From positions 1 through 40,223 of the forward strand of contig JYFJ02003556.1 in NCBI GenBank assembly GCA_000934665.2: DNA of 40,223 nucleotides. Reading direction: 5' to 3'. Shown in pieces: positions 23,935 to 36,387 of the stretch. Every line of letters begins with the position of its first letter. The stretch's first letter is position 1. A program made the position numbers and the translations under genes. The notes below the pieces were generated by a model. The model saw only the letters and a list, made by a program, of their open reading frames with translations, searched no databases and had not been told where the DNA came from. Origin of the DNA: Catajapyx aquilonaris (lineage: Eukaryota).

Positions 23935-26585
23935 ATGGAGCTAGACCAGCAACAGGATTTCAAATTATACCGGAGGAGATGGATTATGCTCGCACTTTTC
24001 TGTGTTTGTGCTCTTTTGGAAGCGTTTCAGTGGTTCCAGTACTCGTCTATCGCCAACCTCATCGTTAAGTATTATGGAGTGTCTTACCTGGCGGTGGACT
24101 GGTTATACATGATGTTCACCTGTGTGTACATGACGTTCGTATTGCCAGCGATATTTTACATCGACAAAAAGGTATGTGGCCCATTATGTTATTAGTACAT
24201 TCACTCGAGCAATTGCAATTTACAAATGCTGTGCCTATAAAATATTTATGACGCGCCACATGAAGTGAAACATTGAAAAGTTCTGAATCAAATTGCACAA
24301 ACTGCACCATGTTTGCTCAAGTGATGCCCACATTAATTTCTTTCTGTGTTTCTGTGTGTAGTTATGACTACTTAATTTTTAGAACCTCAAGGTAACCATA
24401 TTTTTGGGAATCTTCTGCATGGCTGTAGGAGGCTGGATAAAAGTTGTAGCTGTGTCTCCTGATCTTTTCTACGTGGCGGCCATTGGTCAAGGTATAGGGG
24501 CGCTGGCTGAAGTTTTCATATTCAGAAGTTTGCTCAGGGTTGTGGCGCTTTGGTTTGGCCCAAAAGAAGCTTCTACTGCGTCTGGTATTGGAGTCCTATT
24601 CATGCAGGTAACACCTTTCAACTTACGTACGTACGTACGTACGTATATTCCGCAGTAACTCTTTTCAATTGTGCTGTCTATTATGAGACCAACATTTCCT
24701 TTATACGACGTACGTTTATACGTACAATACGTTAATTATATACGTTTATATATATATTAATTATCCGTAATATCTTTGATGCCTCCCATTTTTATCATTA
24801 TGCTATAGTGTAACTTATTTGCTATTTATTGTAGAAGAATTACATGACACGTATTTTATCACCGTCATTGTTCATGACATTTTTAAAATCCTCATGGAAA
24901 CTTTTGATGTAACGGGTCAGCTTTTCAAGTGCAATGTAACATGTGGCATTCTAGAGCACTTCACCGTCCAGCACTACAAATTCCGTTATCATCATCAGAG
25001 CTATCGGACAGACAGCGTTTCGCAAATCCAGTCATAATGGCTGTATGTGATTTTTGAAGTGGAAATCACTGAGCAAATTGATATCATTATTGATATCAAT
25101 GCAAGTAGGAAAATCCGTGTTTCAACATAAAGCAATGCTTAACAAGGATATCCCGCGTCAATTACAGAGCACATATATATGATATAAAATCGGAACATTA
25201 TTATCTTGTATACTGAACGCTACACGAACTTAATATATCCTCCTGAGACCTGATGTCCAATATATTGGACATCAGCAAAAATAAAAAGGTGTCAACTGAA
25301 ATTGACGCATTTTTTTTGCTGATGTCCAATATATTGGACATCAGGTCTCAGGAGGATATAAATTTTAGTAGAGATATTATAATTTCAGTAATTTGCAGGG
25401 TGGCCAAGCCATAAGTTTCATCTTACCAACGATAATAGTCAAGAATCACAAAGACATCAATGGAATAGGACACGACCTGAGGACATTGCTATACTCTTAC
25501 GCCATAGCAGCCTCTTTCGTCCTCCTCTTAATTTGCCTCTGTAAGTTGTAAAGACTGAAACATGACCTCATATAGAGCATGACAAATTTTTGTTGCAGTT
25601 TTCCAAAGTGCACCACCAACACCTCCTAGTGTTTCAAGTGAAACAGTAGGCAAAGAGGATGACCCTCGTAACTACAAGAAGGCCCTATGGAAAATGCTCA
25701 CCAATCGTGACTTCATGCTCGTTGTACTCGCATACTCTCTAGTTAATGCCACAACCGACTCTGCAAGTGTCATGCTCAATGAAATCATTTTGGGAAAATT
25801 TGGAACCGTAAATATCACATGTGCATTGTTGCAATTATTATGACGTACAATATCAACACTTAAGGTGTACAATCCGATATTGTCGTATTTCAGGAGTATC
25901 AAGAGACCCCTGGCAGACTAGGACTTTTATCAACAGTATGTTCGTTAATAGGCCCACTAGTAATGGGCTTGTGGCTGGATCGCACACACACTTTTAAGTA
26001 AGTCACGTGTCACCACTTCTTATAATAGAAATGGGTCACAAAATTACACCAATTTTCTTTAAGGTCCAGCGCAGTAGCAGTTGGAGGCCTACTTTTCCTT
26101 TCTCAACTGGGATACACTTACAGTGTTTACTATGCACAACTGCCTCTCGTGTACGTCAGTTACTTATTCCTCGGGTACGTCCACAGGCTTATTTCATTTA
26201 GTACGAGTTAAAATGATGATTTCAAATTAAGCCGAATTTTATTTTCAGATTCTTCTACGGATTTTTTGTGACTGTGGCACTTCCTTATGGCGTAGAACTT
26301 AACTTTCCAGAACCGGAAGGAATAGTTGGAGGGATATTCAATGTTGGACTGCAGTTGACTGAAGTTGTGGCAATCAACACGGGAAGCTGGATTCTAAGGA
26401 CACATGGTGACTTGTGGGTGAACACATTTGGATGTTGTTTGGCGGGCTTTGCTGTTGTGGGTGTTGTGATGGGAAAAGAAGACTTGAAGAGGTTGGCTGC
26501 TAGCAAAGCGAGTGCGGTTGCTTCACAGAAAATTTCGACCAATGGATCTGTCTCTGTAGAGGTCGTTTCTAATGGAAGGTTGTAG
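23935..26585 (+). CDS. FLVCR: FLVCR/SLC49-like MFS transporter, array copy 6 (454 aa)
   Basis: Exons 23935-24171, 24383-24607, 25399-25540, 25599-25807, 25894-25997, 26064-26174, 26249-26585 splice in frame. Contains ELNFPEPEG. Confidence 0.92.
24624..24645. repeat. (TACG)n microsatellite
   Basis: About 5.5 perfect units just inside intron 2 of copy 6. Confidence 0.85.
25239..25355. mobile_element. 117-bp fold-back MITE, CC...GG termini with ATAT flanks (piggyBac-like)
   Basis: ATAT|CCTCCTGAGACCTGATGTCCAATATATTGGACATCAGCAAAAA...TTTTTGCTGATGTCCAATATATTGGACATCAGGTCTCAGGAGG|ATAT, with perfect arms. The superfamily assignment is inferred. Confidence 0.8.
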
Positions 26586-27434
26586 AATAATTTTTTATTG
26601 AAACAAGCCAACAAGAACCATGTGATCACAACTAGGAAAAAGACTGAAGGTATTTCGCCATATTTTATACGCAGATTGACTCATTTTATCGTAAATGCTC
26701 CTCACTCACAGTCACAATATATTCATTTCATGTTCCCAGTGACGCTGCCATTTGTTCGCATATCTTGGTATGTGTCTGCCACAATGAAAACATTATTTTT
26801 GATACCGTTGTTTTTGTCCGGATACATGACCACAATATGTATATCTTATCTTATTCAACCAGTAGGAGGAGACCATAATATATCTCACCCATTTAGCCTA
26901 AACAACTTTCTACTTTTGTGAGACCCATTCGAGGCAGTCTAGAGTTTACACACAATAGAGGGTAAGGGTTGTAATACTATTATATTATTTTTATAAAACA
27001 TAACCATCGGGCCTTTTTGGTTGAGATAAAATTATTAGAGACTAATGTTATTATTTCCATTATAATTGAATACAACTGAATATGTTGTCAGGTACTTTGG
27101 CTGCTTAAGATATCTGGGGAGGGTTATGTGTCAGGTACAGGAAGAGCAAGGTGAAATTCATTCTGCGTTTTGCACCTTACCACATATTCCCATGCTGCTA
27201 ATAATATCTCATTTTTAATTACGACTGCATGATGAAGAGGCTTCAGTGACGTACGTGATACACGTTACGTATCGTGGTAAGAAACTATTTCTAATAATAC
27301 CAGCACACTACGGAAACGTTTCTCAGAAAATGGACCCGCACGACATAGTATTTCATTTTTTCTACGACGGAAACAGACTGTGAAGTAGAAATTCGTCGCA
27401 TATTTAACCGGATGGTCGTAGAAACTCTGGAAAT

Positions 27435-27499
27435 TTGTTGTTGTTGTTGTTGTTGTTGTTGTCGTCGTCGTCGTCGTTGTTGTTGTTGTTGTTGTTGTT
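27435..27499. repeat. Compound microsatellite (GTT)n(GTC)5(GTT)n
   Basis: Directly visible in the sequence. Confidence 0.95.
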
Positions 27500-29299
27500 A
27501 ATTTATCTGCATTTCATGACAACTGCTTTCTACATGACTTGCTTAAATCAAATTGCTATTGTATTATTTTAATCATGATATTTACAATGCCAGTGGAAAT
27601 ACATTGGAGCTGCAACGAAATCTCTCAATGTCGGATAATTTTTCCGTAATAAACAAGTTTCGATATGTACGACAGAAATACTGTACGGTACTGTACATCG
27701 AAATTCTGTGTTACGTCGGGTCCGATCAAAAGCTCCGTGACAAGTTTTCTCTATATCTAGGGTCTATTCGAGGCTAGTTTTACTGTGTAATGTTATCATG
27801 TTCGTATTTTACTCAGAAGTGATATTTGACGAGATTAAATACGAGACTACAATTAAATGTCCTACACTATTCTCGTGCATCACCGTCGTACAAATTCTAG
27901 TACCATTAACAAAGCCAAGAGCCATTAGCTCTTGACAAAGCTCAAAAACTGTGAATAGTTTCACGTGAACGGCCAGTTCCTCTCACGTTTCGCCTTGCAG
28001 ATGCTCCTCGATTCACAGCACGTTGTAAAGAATATAAAATTACCAGATCCTACAAGTACATACTCGTACATTATACAGAAAAAAACGAAGGTCGTCCGAT
28101 TTTCCATCCTCTAGCCGGAGTTTAGCACAATAATTCCGAATCCTGCGACGGCATCGGAGGATCACCTTCATTGTGTAATCTAGTGGTAAGTTAGTTGGCT
28201 CCTGTCACCTTCACGGTGTCAACCTTGTCACGATTCATCTTTAATGTGATTTGATGTTATTCCAGTCACAATCCTAGAGCTTCAACTGCTTCCAATGCCT
28301 TGAGTGTGCAAATTGTGCGCAAGTAACTCCCATATCATCACGGTTTCATGCACTACTAGTCTACTTGATGTCCCCCTGGGAAAACCCAAGAGGGAGATCT
28401 GGGAGCGTCAAGACTTTTCACAAGTAAACAACTGTCACAGGTAGACTACAGCAAAAAGGTGATGTTGGCAGATGGTGGCATAATAACGCATGTTATTTCA
28501 AGGTATGCATATGGGATGAAGCAGTAAGGGATAAATATGGTATGGTATCAATTGCCTGTAGTGTCTTGAAGACAGAAAAATGAGCTACTTTCATGAAATT
28601 GATTGACGCTGAACTCATTTATATATTGATTAACATTTACTGCATAGCATTCAAACCACAGAAATGTTCAATCAAATATTAGTCCCCGATATGTTAAATG
28701 TTTTTATGCAGTCACACAACTCCCAATGTCACGGTCATACGCTGCCATACAAGTCATGGCTAACATGGTTTGTGGTCGCGGCCACCAGAGTAGGCTCAGA
28801 AAGTTCCCCCACAATAGAAAATAAAGGAAAGGAAGAGCCAGACGAGCCTACGTTGGCTTCAAGGACAGCAGCTAACGGTTGTCTTCCCCAGCCATTATTT
28901 TCCTCCACACTCTCAAAAGCACCAATCAATTTGTGATCTACTTTCCGGAAGAATCGGTAGTTTAGCGGCTTACTCATTCGCCGGCCAACAATGGACCACC
29001 TGTCTCTGAGCATCACGTGACTCTCACTCTGTGTAAGAACTTCTCATACATTCATTATGAGTTATTGCATACAGTCTGTAATCTGAACTGAACCAGTTTC
29101 ATACGATTTTACAACGGTATTAATTTCTTTATATTAGCCATAATCATCAAAGCACTCTTAACTCATAAATTAGGTTTCCTTGTGTGCACCTCAGTGGCCA
29201 ACAAGTACTCCATCCCCCCATACGCAGCCTGCTTGAATCCCTTGGCCTTGGACCCCAACTTGTATTGCTTATATGCAGATACGAGGCAGCAGCGACGGC

Positions 29300-31740
29300 A
29301 TGGGCGGCCAGGCCACGGACCTCGAGGACACTGCTGATGCGATCAAATCAGAGGTGCCAGATATCATTGTGTACAGACGAAGATGGCTGGTGCTGTTCAT
29401 CTTTTGTGCTTGCAACCTGTGCAACGCCATGCACTGGATGCAGTACGGGATCATTGCCAACATAATGTCTCATTACTACTCGGCGTCAATCTGGGCAGTG
29501 GATGGACTCACGGTGCTGACTGTCATCGCCTACGTGGTATTCATACTGCCTGTCACTTATTTCATGGATAAAAAGGTATGGTCTCCTTATACGTATGTTT
29601 GCATTGTTTGTATTCTTAAAGTTATTGTAATTGGCTGCTTCCTGCACATAATATGATACGTCCGCATGAACTTGTTTGAGGCAGTATTTAGATTACGTAA
29701 ATTTCTTAATTAATGACGAGAATACAGGAAGTTCTGGTTTATACGTAACGCCGATTGTGACCCTTGAATTTGCATTATTCAAGACAAAATTGATCTTTTC
29801 TTGGATAGATCTGTAACAAATTAACTCTTACTATAGATACTCCGTAGCTCTTCACATGGAGTTACTATGAAGCAGTTGAGCAGACAGTAAAACTATGTCC
29901 TACCTAACAGAGCATATAAATTAAACTTCAACGCTGCATAATTTACCAATCACGTACGTCATTCACACCCCATCATTGTTTGATACATCACGAGTCTATA
30001 TGCAGCACAAAATATTACATCGCGTGTCCTTAAGTGCAATAATCAGTCAAGCATCTGCATAAACCTGACACGTTCCCGGAACATCGGTGCAAAAATTGTG
30101 CCATATACTGATATCAAGCTACTTCCCTTCATTTTCAGGGTTTAAAATGGACAGTGTTAATAGGAACTATCCTCACAACGGCCGGAAGCTGGATCAAGGT
30201 CGTCTCAGTGGGACCTGACCTCCTTTACGTGGCTTTTATCGCTCAAAGTTCCATTGCTCTGGCCTGCGTGTTTTTATTCGGAGTACCTCCTAGACTGGCT
30301 GCAGTCTGGTTTGGACCAAACCAAGTGTCCACCGCCTGTGCAATTGGAGTGGTGTCTGCTCAGGTATACGACATCGACGTGAATATCCATGCACTTACAA
30401 CTAATACTTTTACCTTTTAGGCAGGAATAGGTTTGGGTCTTCTGGTACCACCTTATGTGATTCATGACAGTGACAACCTGGAGAGCATTGGTAATCAACT
30501 TCAGCAGATGTTCTATGGAGGCGCCGGAATTTCAACAGCGTGTCTTCTGCTTGTAATATTCTGTAAGATAATTTTAGCATGTGTGAATTAAGGTTACTTC
30601 ACTGACATTTCTCTCTTTTATGGCAGTATTTACAAGCGAGCCACCGACTCCTCCGAGTACATCTCAAGCAGCTGCCAAAGCCTGGGGTGTAAAACAAAAC
30701 TACAAAAGTTCTCTGAGGATATTCTTAACTAACAAAAATTTTGCATATCTGCTCATAGCACACGCACTGATAAACTCAGCAGTCAACGTTTTTGGAATTT
30801 TCATCAACCAAATTTTTCTGGAAAAATTTCCGGTAAATATTCCTGCAGAATGTCTTGTACAAAAATAAGTATACTAATGCAATATTGTTTAAGTCATCCA
30901 TTTGAAAACTCTTATAATAATTACGTTTAAAATGTAGATATGACTCGAAACATTCTGAACCACTCACTTTTAGACTTTTTTAAAATACTTGTGCTCCTGA
31001 AAATGTTCTACAAAGTGTAGGGTAGACTACTGACAAGTGAGTGGAGGAAACTACTACGTGGTAGAACAAACAGATAATATAATCATTCTTGAACTAATAT
31101 TTTCAGGGTCATGTTGAACACGCTGGTCAGTTGGGAAACCTCAACATTTACGTCGGCATAGCTGGTGCTTTCCTACTCGGGGTCTGGTTGGATAAGACTC
31201 ACATATACAAGTAAGAGAGTGAATGACGTGGATGATCTGCTGATAGTTCTAATTGCTGGACATTTCAGGGCAACAGGTGTGTTCATCTATGCAGGATCAT
31301 GTATTGCTTATTTCGGAGCCATGCTCACTCTCACATACCAATCATTACCAGGCACCTACGCCGTGTTTGTGTTCATCGGGTGAGTGTGTACAGTACATGC
31401 TGTCGACAGTGCAAGAGTAACATATTCTCATTTCAGATGTTTTTATGGAGCTTACTTGGCACTGGGATACGAGCAAGGGGTGGAACTGACCTACCCGGAA
31501 TCGGAAGGCATGATGGCCGGACTCTTGAATATGGTCACGTCTCTAGTTACTTTAATCACTGCGGTTGTTGGGGCATTGCTACTAAGTTCTTTCAAAGTTA
31601 TAGGAATCATTTCTTTCTTATGCAGCCTTTTAGTACTCGGGCTTTTACTCACTATTTTAATTCGTGACGATCGAAAGCGATATGATGCGCAAAGGTGCAA
31701 TGCAAATGACCAGATTCCTGAAAGTGCTCGCATGATGTGA
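29300..31740 (+). CDS. FLVCR: FLVCR/SLC49-like MFS transporter, array copy 7 (455 aa)
   Basis: Exons 29300-29575, 30139-30363, 30421-30562, 30627-30832, 31107-31210, 31269-31379, 31437-31740. Motifs: NAMHWMQY, GVPPRLAAVWFG, ELTYPESEG. Likely 5' UTR acceptor at 29278, so the start codon is uncertain. AATAAA at 32005. Confidence 0.92.
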
Positions 31741-32452
31741 ATTTGACAAAATATGCAAAATAAGGCTCGTGCAGGTTTCGCCGTTACCAGAATTCCGCTT
31801 TGTTTCAAACAATGTGGAATCTTCTAGCAATAGCAATACCGTTCCTTACAAACAAGGTTCAGAGTCCAATCAGAGTCTCCTTTCTTATTTATGAATTGAG
31901 CACAGCGCATTCCTATACACGTGGGTGTGGCAAGTTTTCGTACGGTGCATTATTTTGCACTTGAATATGTGCCAAGTTTGATAATTATTGTAATTTGCTG
32001 AGCCAATAAAATGTTACCCTATCCGGTCGTATGGCTATATTTGTACAAGCTCAACTCGTTATCAGTCATTTATATTTTATAGGATTGAACAGGAACAATC
32101 GTAACACTGACGTCTCATAAAAGGTGTTTCATAATGGTTCAGGTACATTTATAAAATGACCTTATTAAGCCATTACATACAAAGATGTGCATTTCACATG
32201 TCATAATTGTCTTACTGTGATCGAGCAATGTCGAGCAATAAAATCATTTCCTTGAAGTAAAGTAGAAATCACACCATAAAATGATCTGCTTCCTTACAAC
32301 CGTCCTTCCAGAATTTGTTCCCCAATATCATGCAAGAAAAATCCCGAATGCCTCATTTATTTTGTCAGGGTCAGGCAGACCACAAATTTCCACAAATTGT
32401 GTAATCAGAGGCTCTTGACGTCATATGTACAACTTCCAAATCCCCTCAATTG

Positions 32453-32740
32453 TTATCTTAAACAAGGCAGTCTTATCTTAATCAGTGACACTAACATTTT
32501 GGCTCGTCTTATCGAACGACTTCTGTGACACGTTGAATTTCCTTTCAACGTGACTCGCATTCTGCTGACAAAACACCTTAATGAACAAGTAATTCATAGC
32601 ACGCATATTATGTCCATATGCACATGCTGCAGTAACACGTGTGTCAATATTTACCCACGCATTTCCCCTGGCAAATCTTTACAAACATATTTATCTCGTT
32701 TCTCTTTGATAAGACGATGACGAATAGCATGGCGTTATCG
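32453..32740. promoter_or_regulatory. Cluster of GATAA motifs upstream of copy 8
   Basis: TTATC/GATAA cores at about 32453, 32473, 32509, 32691, 32708 and 32735. Function is inferred only. Confidence 0.35.
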
Positions 32741-32861
32741 CTACAGCTTTTACCACCGAGCGTTACGCCCCATGTGCAGTGACACAACCTGCCTATTATT
32801 TCCTGCCAGCGCCTCGTGACAGACCTGACAGTGTGCTAGACCGTAGTGCTCTGAGACATCC

Positions 32862-35085
32862 ATGATGGAAGAAGGCAGAAGTGTCGACGTCGCTGTCGTA
32901 GGTGTTGATTACCCGAAGGACACGGGCAAGGACACGTACGTCGTGTATAGAAGACGGTGGTTGGCTCTGTTCATCTTCAGCGCCTGCAACTTGAGCAATT
33001 CCTTGCACTGGTTTCAGTACGGCGTCATTTCCAACATTGTGTCCCGTTTCTATTCGGCCTCTGTTTGGGCAGTGGATGGACTCACGCTGCTTACAATGTT
33101 GGCCTACGTGCTGTTCATACTGCCAGTGACATATTTCGTGGATAAAAGGGTAAAGTTGTGCAGGTTTGCATTTTTGTTCGGGTCCTCCCTCAATGGCCAT
33201 TCCTCATACGTATGTATCAAGGACTTGTATTGCATAGGGCCCACAATTAAGTCAAATAATGCGGATTCATTTGGGCTAATAATACTACACGTTGCGAAAG
33301 CTATGCAATTGAGCACAGAGCCGGCAGGTATTGTGACGATACATCCCATGTTAGCAAGGTTGTAAGTTTGAAGGTCTGTGGTAGTGATGCATGGTATATC
33401 ACCACGTGAAGTAATCGGACCTCATCTCTGATACGTACCATTAAGTACAATAAACCAGTTCATATTTTAATAACAATTTGTTTATCCTCAGGGTCTAAAA
33501 TGGTCAGTGTTATTGGGAATTATTTTGACAACAATCGGCAGCTGGATCAAGGTCGTTTCGGTTCAACCTGGCCTCCTTTATGTGGCGTTTATCGCGCAAA
33601 GTTGCATAGCCTTGTCATGTGTTTTCCTATATGGAGTACCTCCTAGACTGGCTGCAGTGTGGTTTGGACCTGATCAAGTGTCCACAGCATGTGCCATTGG
33701 AGTCGTGTCTTCGCAGGTACGGTATGACAACAGTCATTATTTACTGCATTTATTTAACCCTAAAGTCAAAATGAATTCAGCCTTCTTGTGGCAAAAAGGC
33801 AAGCCAAAATATTTCAACAATATGTCAACAAACTAATGTTACCTCTCAGGCAGGAGTAGGCTTGGGTCTCCTGGTACCACCGTATGTGGTACACGACAGT
33901 GACGACCTGGAGAGCATTTCTAATCAACTGCAGATGATGTTCTATGGATGCGCTGGAATTTCAACAGCTTCTCTTCTGCTTGTAATATTTTGTAAGTTTT
34001 CTTACTCGTCACAGTGGTGAAGCCACGTGGTGTTTACTTCTGAGGAGGCTTAATAACCTGAAATTATTTCATCCTTGACAGTCTTCAAAAGCGAGCCACC
34101 GACCCCTCCTAGTTCATCTCAAGCCGCAGTCAAAGCCTGGGGCGAAAAGCAAGACTACTTAGGTTCCCTTAAAAAATTCTTAACCAACAGAGACTTCGGC
34201 ATACTCCTGGTGTCATATGCAATAATTAATGCTTGCATCAACTCGTTTGGAGTTTTTATCAACCAAGTTGTTCTGGAGAGATTCCCAGTAAGTGCAATGT
34301 TTTTTGAAATTTAACAAATATATAAAAAGTCATTAAGGTAGATTGTAAGTCTATGGCATAGTTTCGTCATAATGAAGATGGATAACTAAGCAACATGTCT
34401 CCTGCAGAAGCTCAAGGATAATACTCAGTTCCTTTATTCAGAATCACATAGAAGATGCTGGTCAGTTGGGAAACCTCAACATTTACGTCGGAATAGCCGG
34501 TGCTTTTATACTGGGAATCTGGCTGGATAAAACACATATATACCAGTAAGGGTTAACGGGAACACGTCGTCAATTTTTTCTAACTATATACTAAATTTCA
34601 GGTCTGCGGGTGTGTTCATATATGCAGTGTCATGCGTTGGATTCCTGGGAGCCATGTTCAGTTTCGCATACAGATCATTACCAGGCACCTACGCCACGTT
34701 TGTGTTCATAGGGTGAGTATTTAATAAATTGTGGTGCTTTTCTTATGCACGACGATTTACAACTGTTCATTTCAGGACTTTCTACGGAGCTTACATGGCA
34801 CTGGGATTCGAGCAAGGAGTGGAGCTGACCTACCCGGAATCGGAAGGAATGATGGCTGGGCTCTTGAACATGGCCACCTATTTGGGAACCTTAATCACTT
34901 CGGCCATCGGGGCAGTATTGTTAAGTTATTTCAAGTCTATGGGATATCTTATTTTTCTGTGCTGCATCTTAGTCCTGGGGCTTATCATGGCTACACTAAT
35001 TCGAGATGTGCGAAGGAGATATGACGCGCAACAAGAAAATCAAAAGAGTGAATTTGTTCATGAAAATCTGTCAGTGAATACCTAG
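32862..35085 (+). CDS. FLVCR: FLVCR/SLC49-like MFS transporter, array copy 8 (461 aa; closest paralog of copy 7)
   Basis: Exons 32862-33149, 33492-33716, 33850-33991, 34082-34287, 34442-34545, 34602-34712, 34776-35085. AATAAA at 35119 and 35156. Confidence 0.93.
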
Positions 35086-36387
35086 TGAATTGCTCATGCA
35101 GCCAGCACAGTATTGTATAATAAAATATATATTTATTGTTCATAATATATTGATAAATAAATGTTTTTTTACCACAATCCGACCAAGATTTGATTGAAAT
35201 ACGATCTCACATCTTACGGTGCCTTGTAAAGCTTGCTTGACATGAGTGTAATTGGCTTTATAATCATCAGAAAAATACAACAGAACTCTTGCGCCGACAA
35301 CTTCAAATGAGACTAGTGAATTTTATTACCAATGCAAATAACATCACTTATACGATTACCATCAATATTATAATATTCAACATTTCAACTGCACATATTT
35401 CAGGCAAAAGAAAAAAGAGACGCCCAGCAACCCAGAATATTATCATTCTTTCCTTGTACCTGCATAGTGTAATATAAACATAAATATTACTACCAAAAGG
35501 CATATTTAAAGCCTGAATAGATGGGGCCTTTTCTAAATAACTTAGTGTATAACTGACTCATCAGTAGAAGTGTTATTGCGTTTGATTTTATCGTGCTGTA
35601 TAGAACATGATCGCTACAACTCAGGTCCCGAAACATATCAACTCTTGCAGAAGTTAATCCCCACTTTCTTCATGGTAAAGCATGAATTGAATTGGTTCTT
35701 GGTCAGAAATATATTGCTCAAATGACTATTGCTACGTACTGTATACCACCGATTCACAATCATTCCTTAGATTTCGATTCTCTGTACTTGCTGTTCTTTA
35801 ATTTATACGGTATATTTTCTGCCAAAATATATTTCACAACGTGTAAGACAAAAGAAATATTGACACCTTTTTGACACGAAGAAGTCGTTCACTTAGCTGA
35901 AATATATGAAGCTGCTCACGTCACTAGGCTAATAAACAAAATTGATTTATAAATTCCAAACAATATCAAATTAATTAATTAATATTCAATTATTGAGTTA
36001 GGTAGTGATAGTTGCAATTTTTGGAAGTTTGTGCAGAAAGTTTGATGGCAGTACAAAAAGTTATAACCCATAATCATTATGATACCATACTGTATTGTAG
36101 GCTATCCTTAATCATTGTAATGATACTGAAGACGGTTAGAATAATAATTTGGACCATATCAGCAGAGAAGTTAACTGATTTAGAAAATCTGCACAATCAG
36201 TTAGTAGAACCCAGATATCTGTCTGATTTCCGATAGCCTAAATCGATTGTATTGGCTTCGTATCACCTTCTCAAAATGATTCGTGCAGTGCTATGGTTGC
36301 TATTGTCCTTCATGGAACACCTGTATCACATTCGCTCATCAGGTGACCCTGATGTGCAAATAGTTGCTATACATTGCACTACGAGAC

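Noticed and set aside
28664..29016. Overlapping ~90-aa ORFs in the long spacer before copy 7
   Set aside because: No recognisable motif or splice structure. It may be a repeat relic, but I cannot support that.
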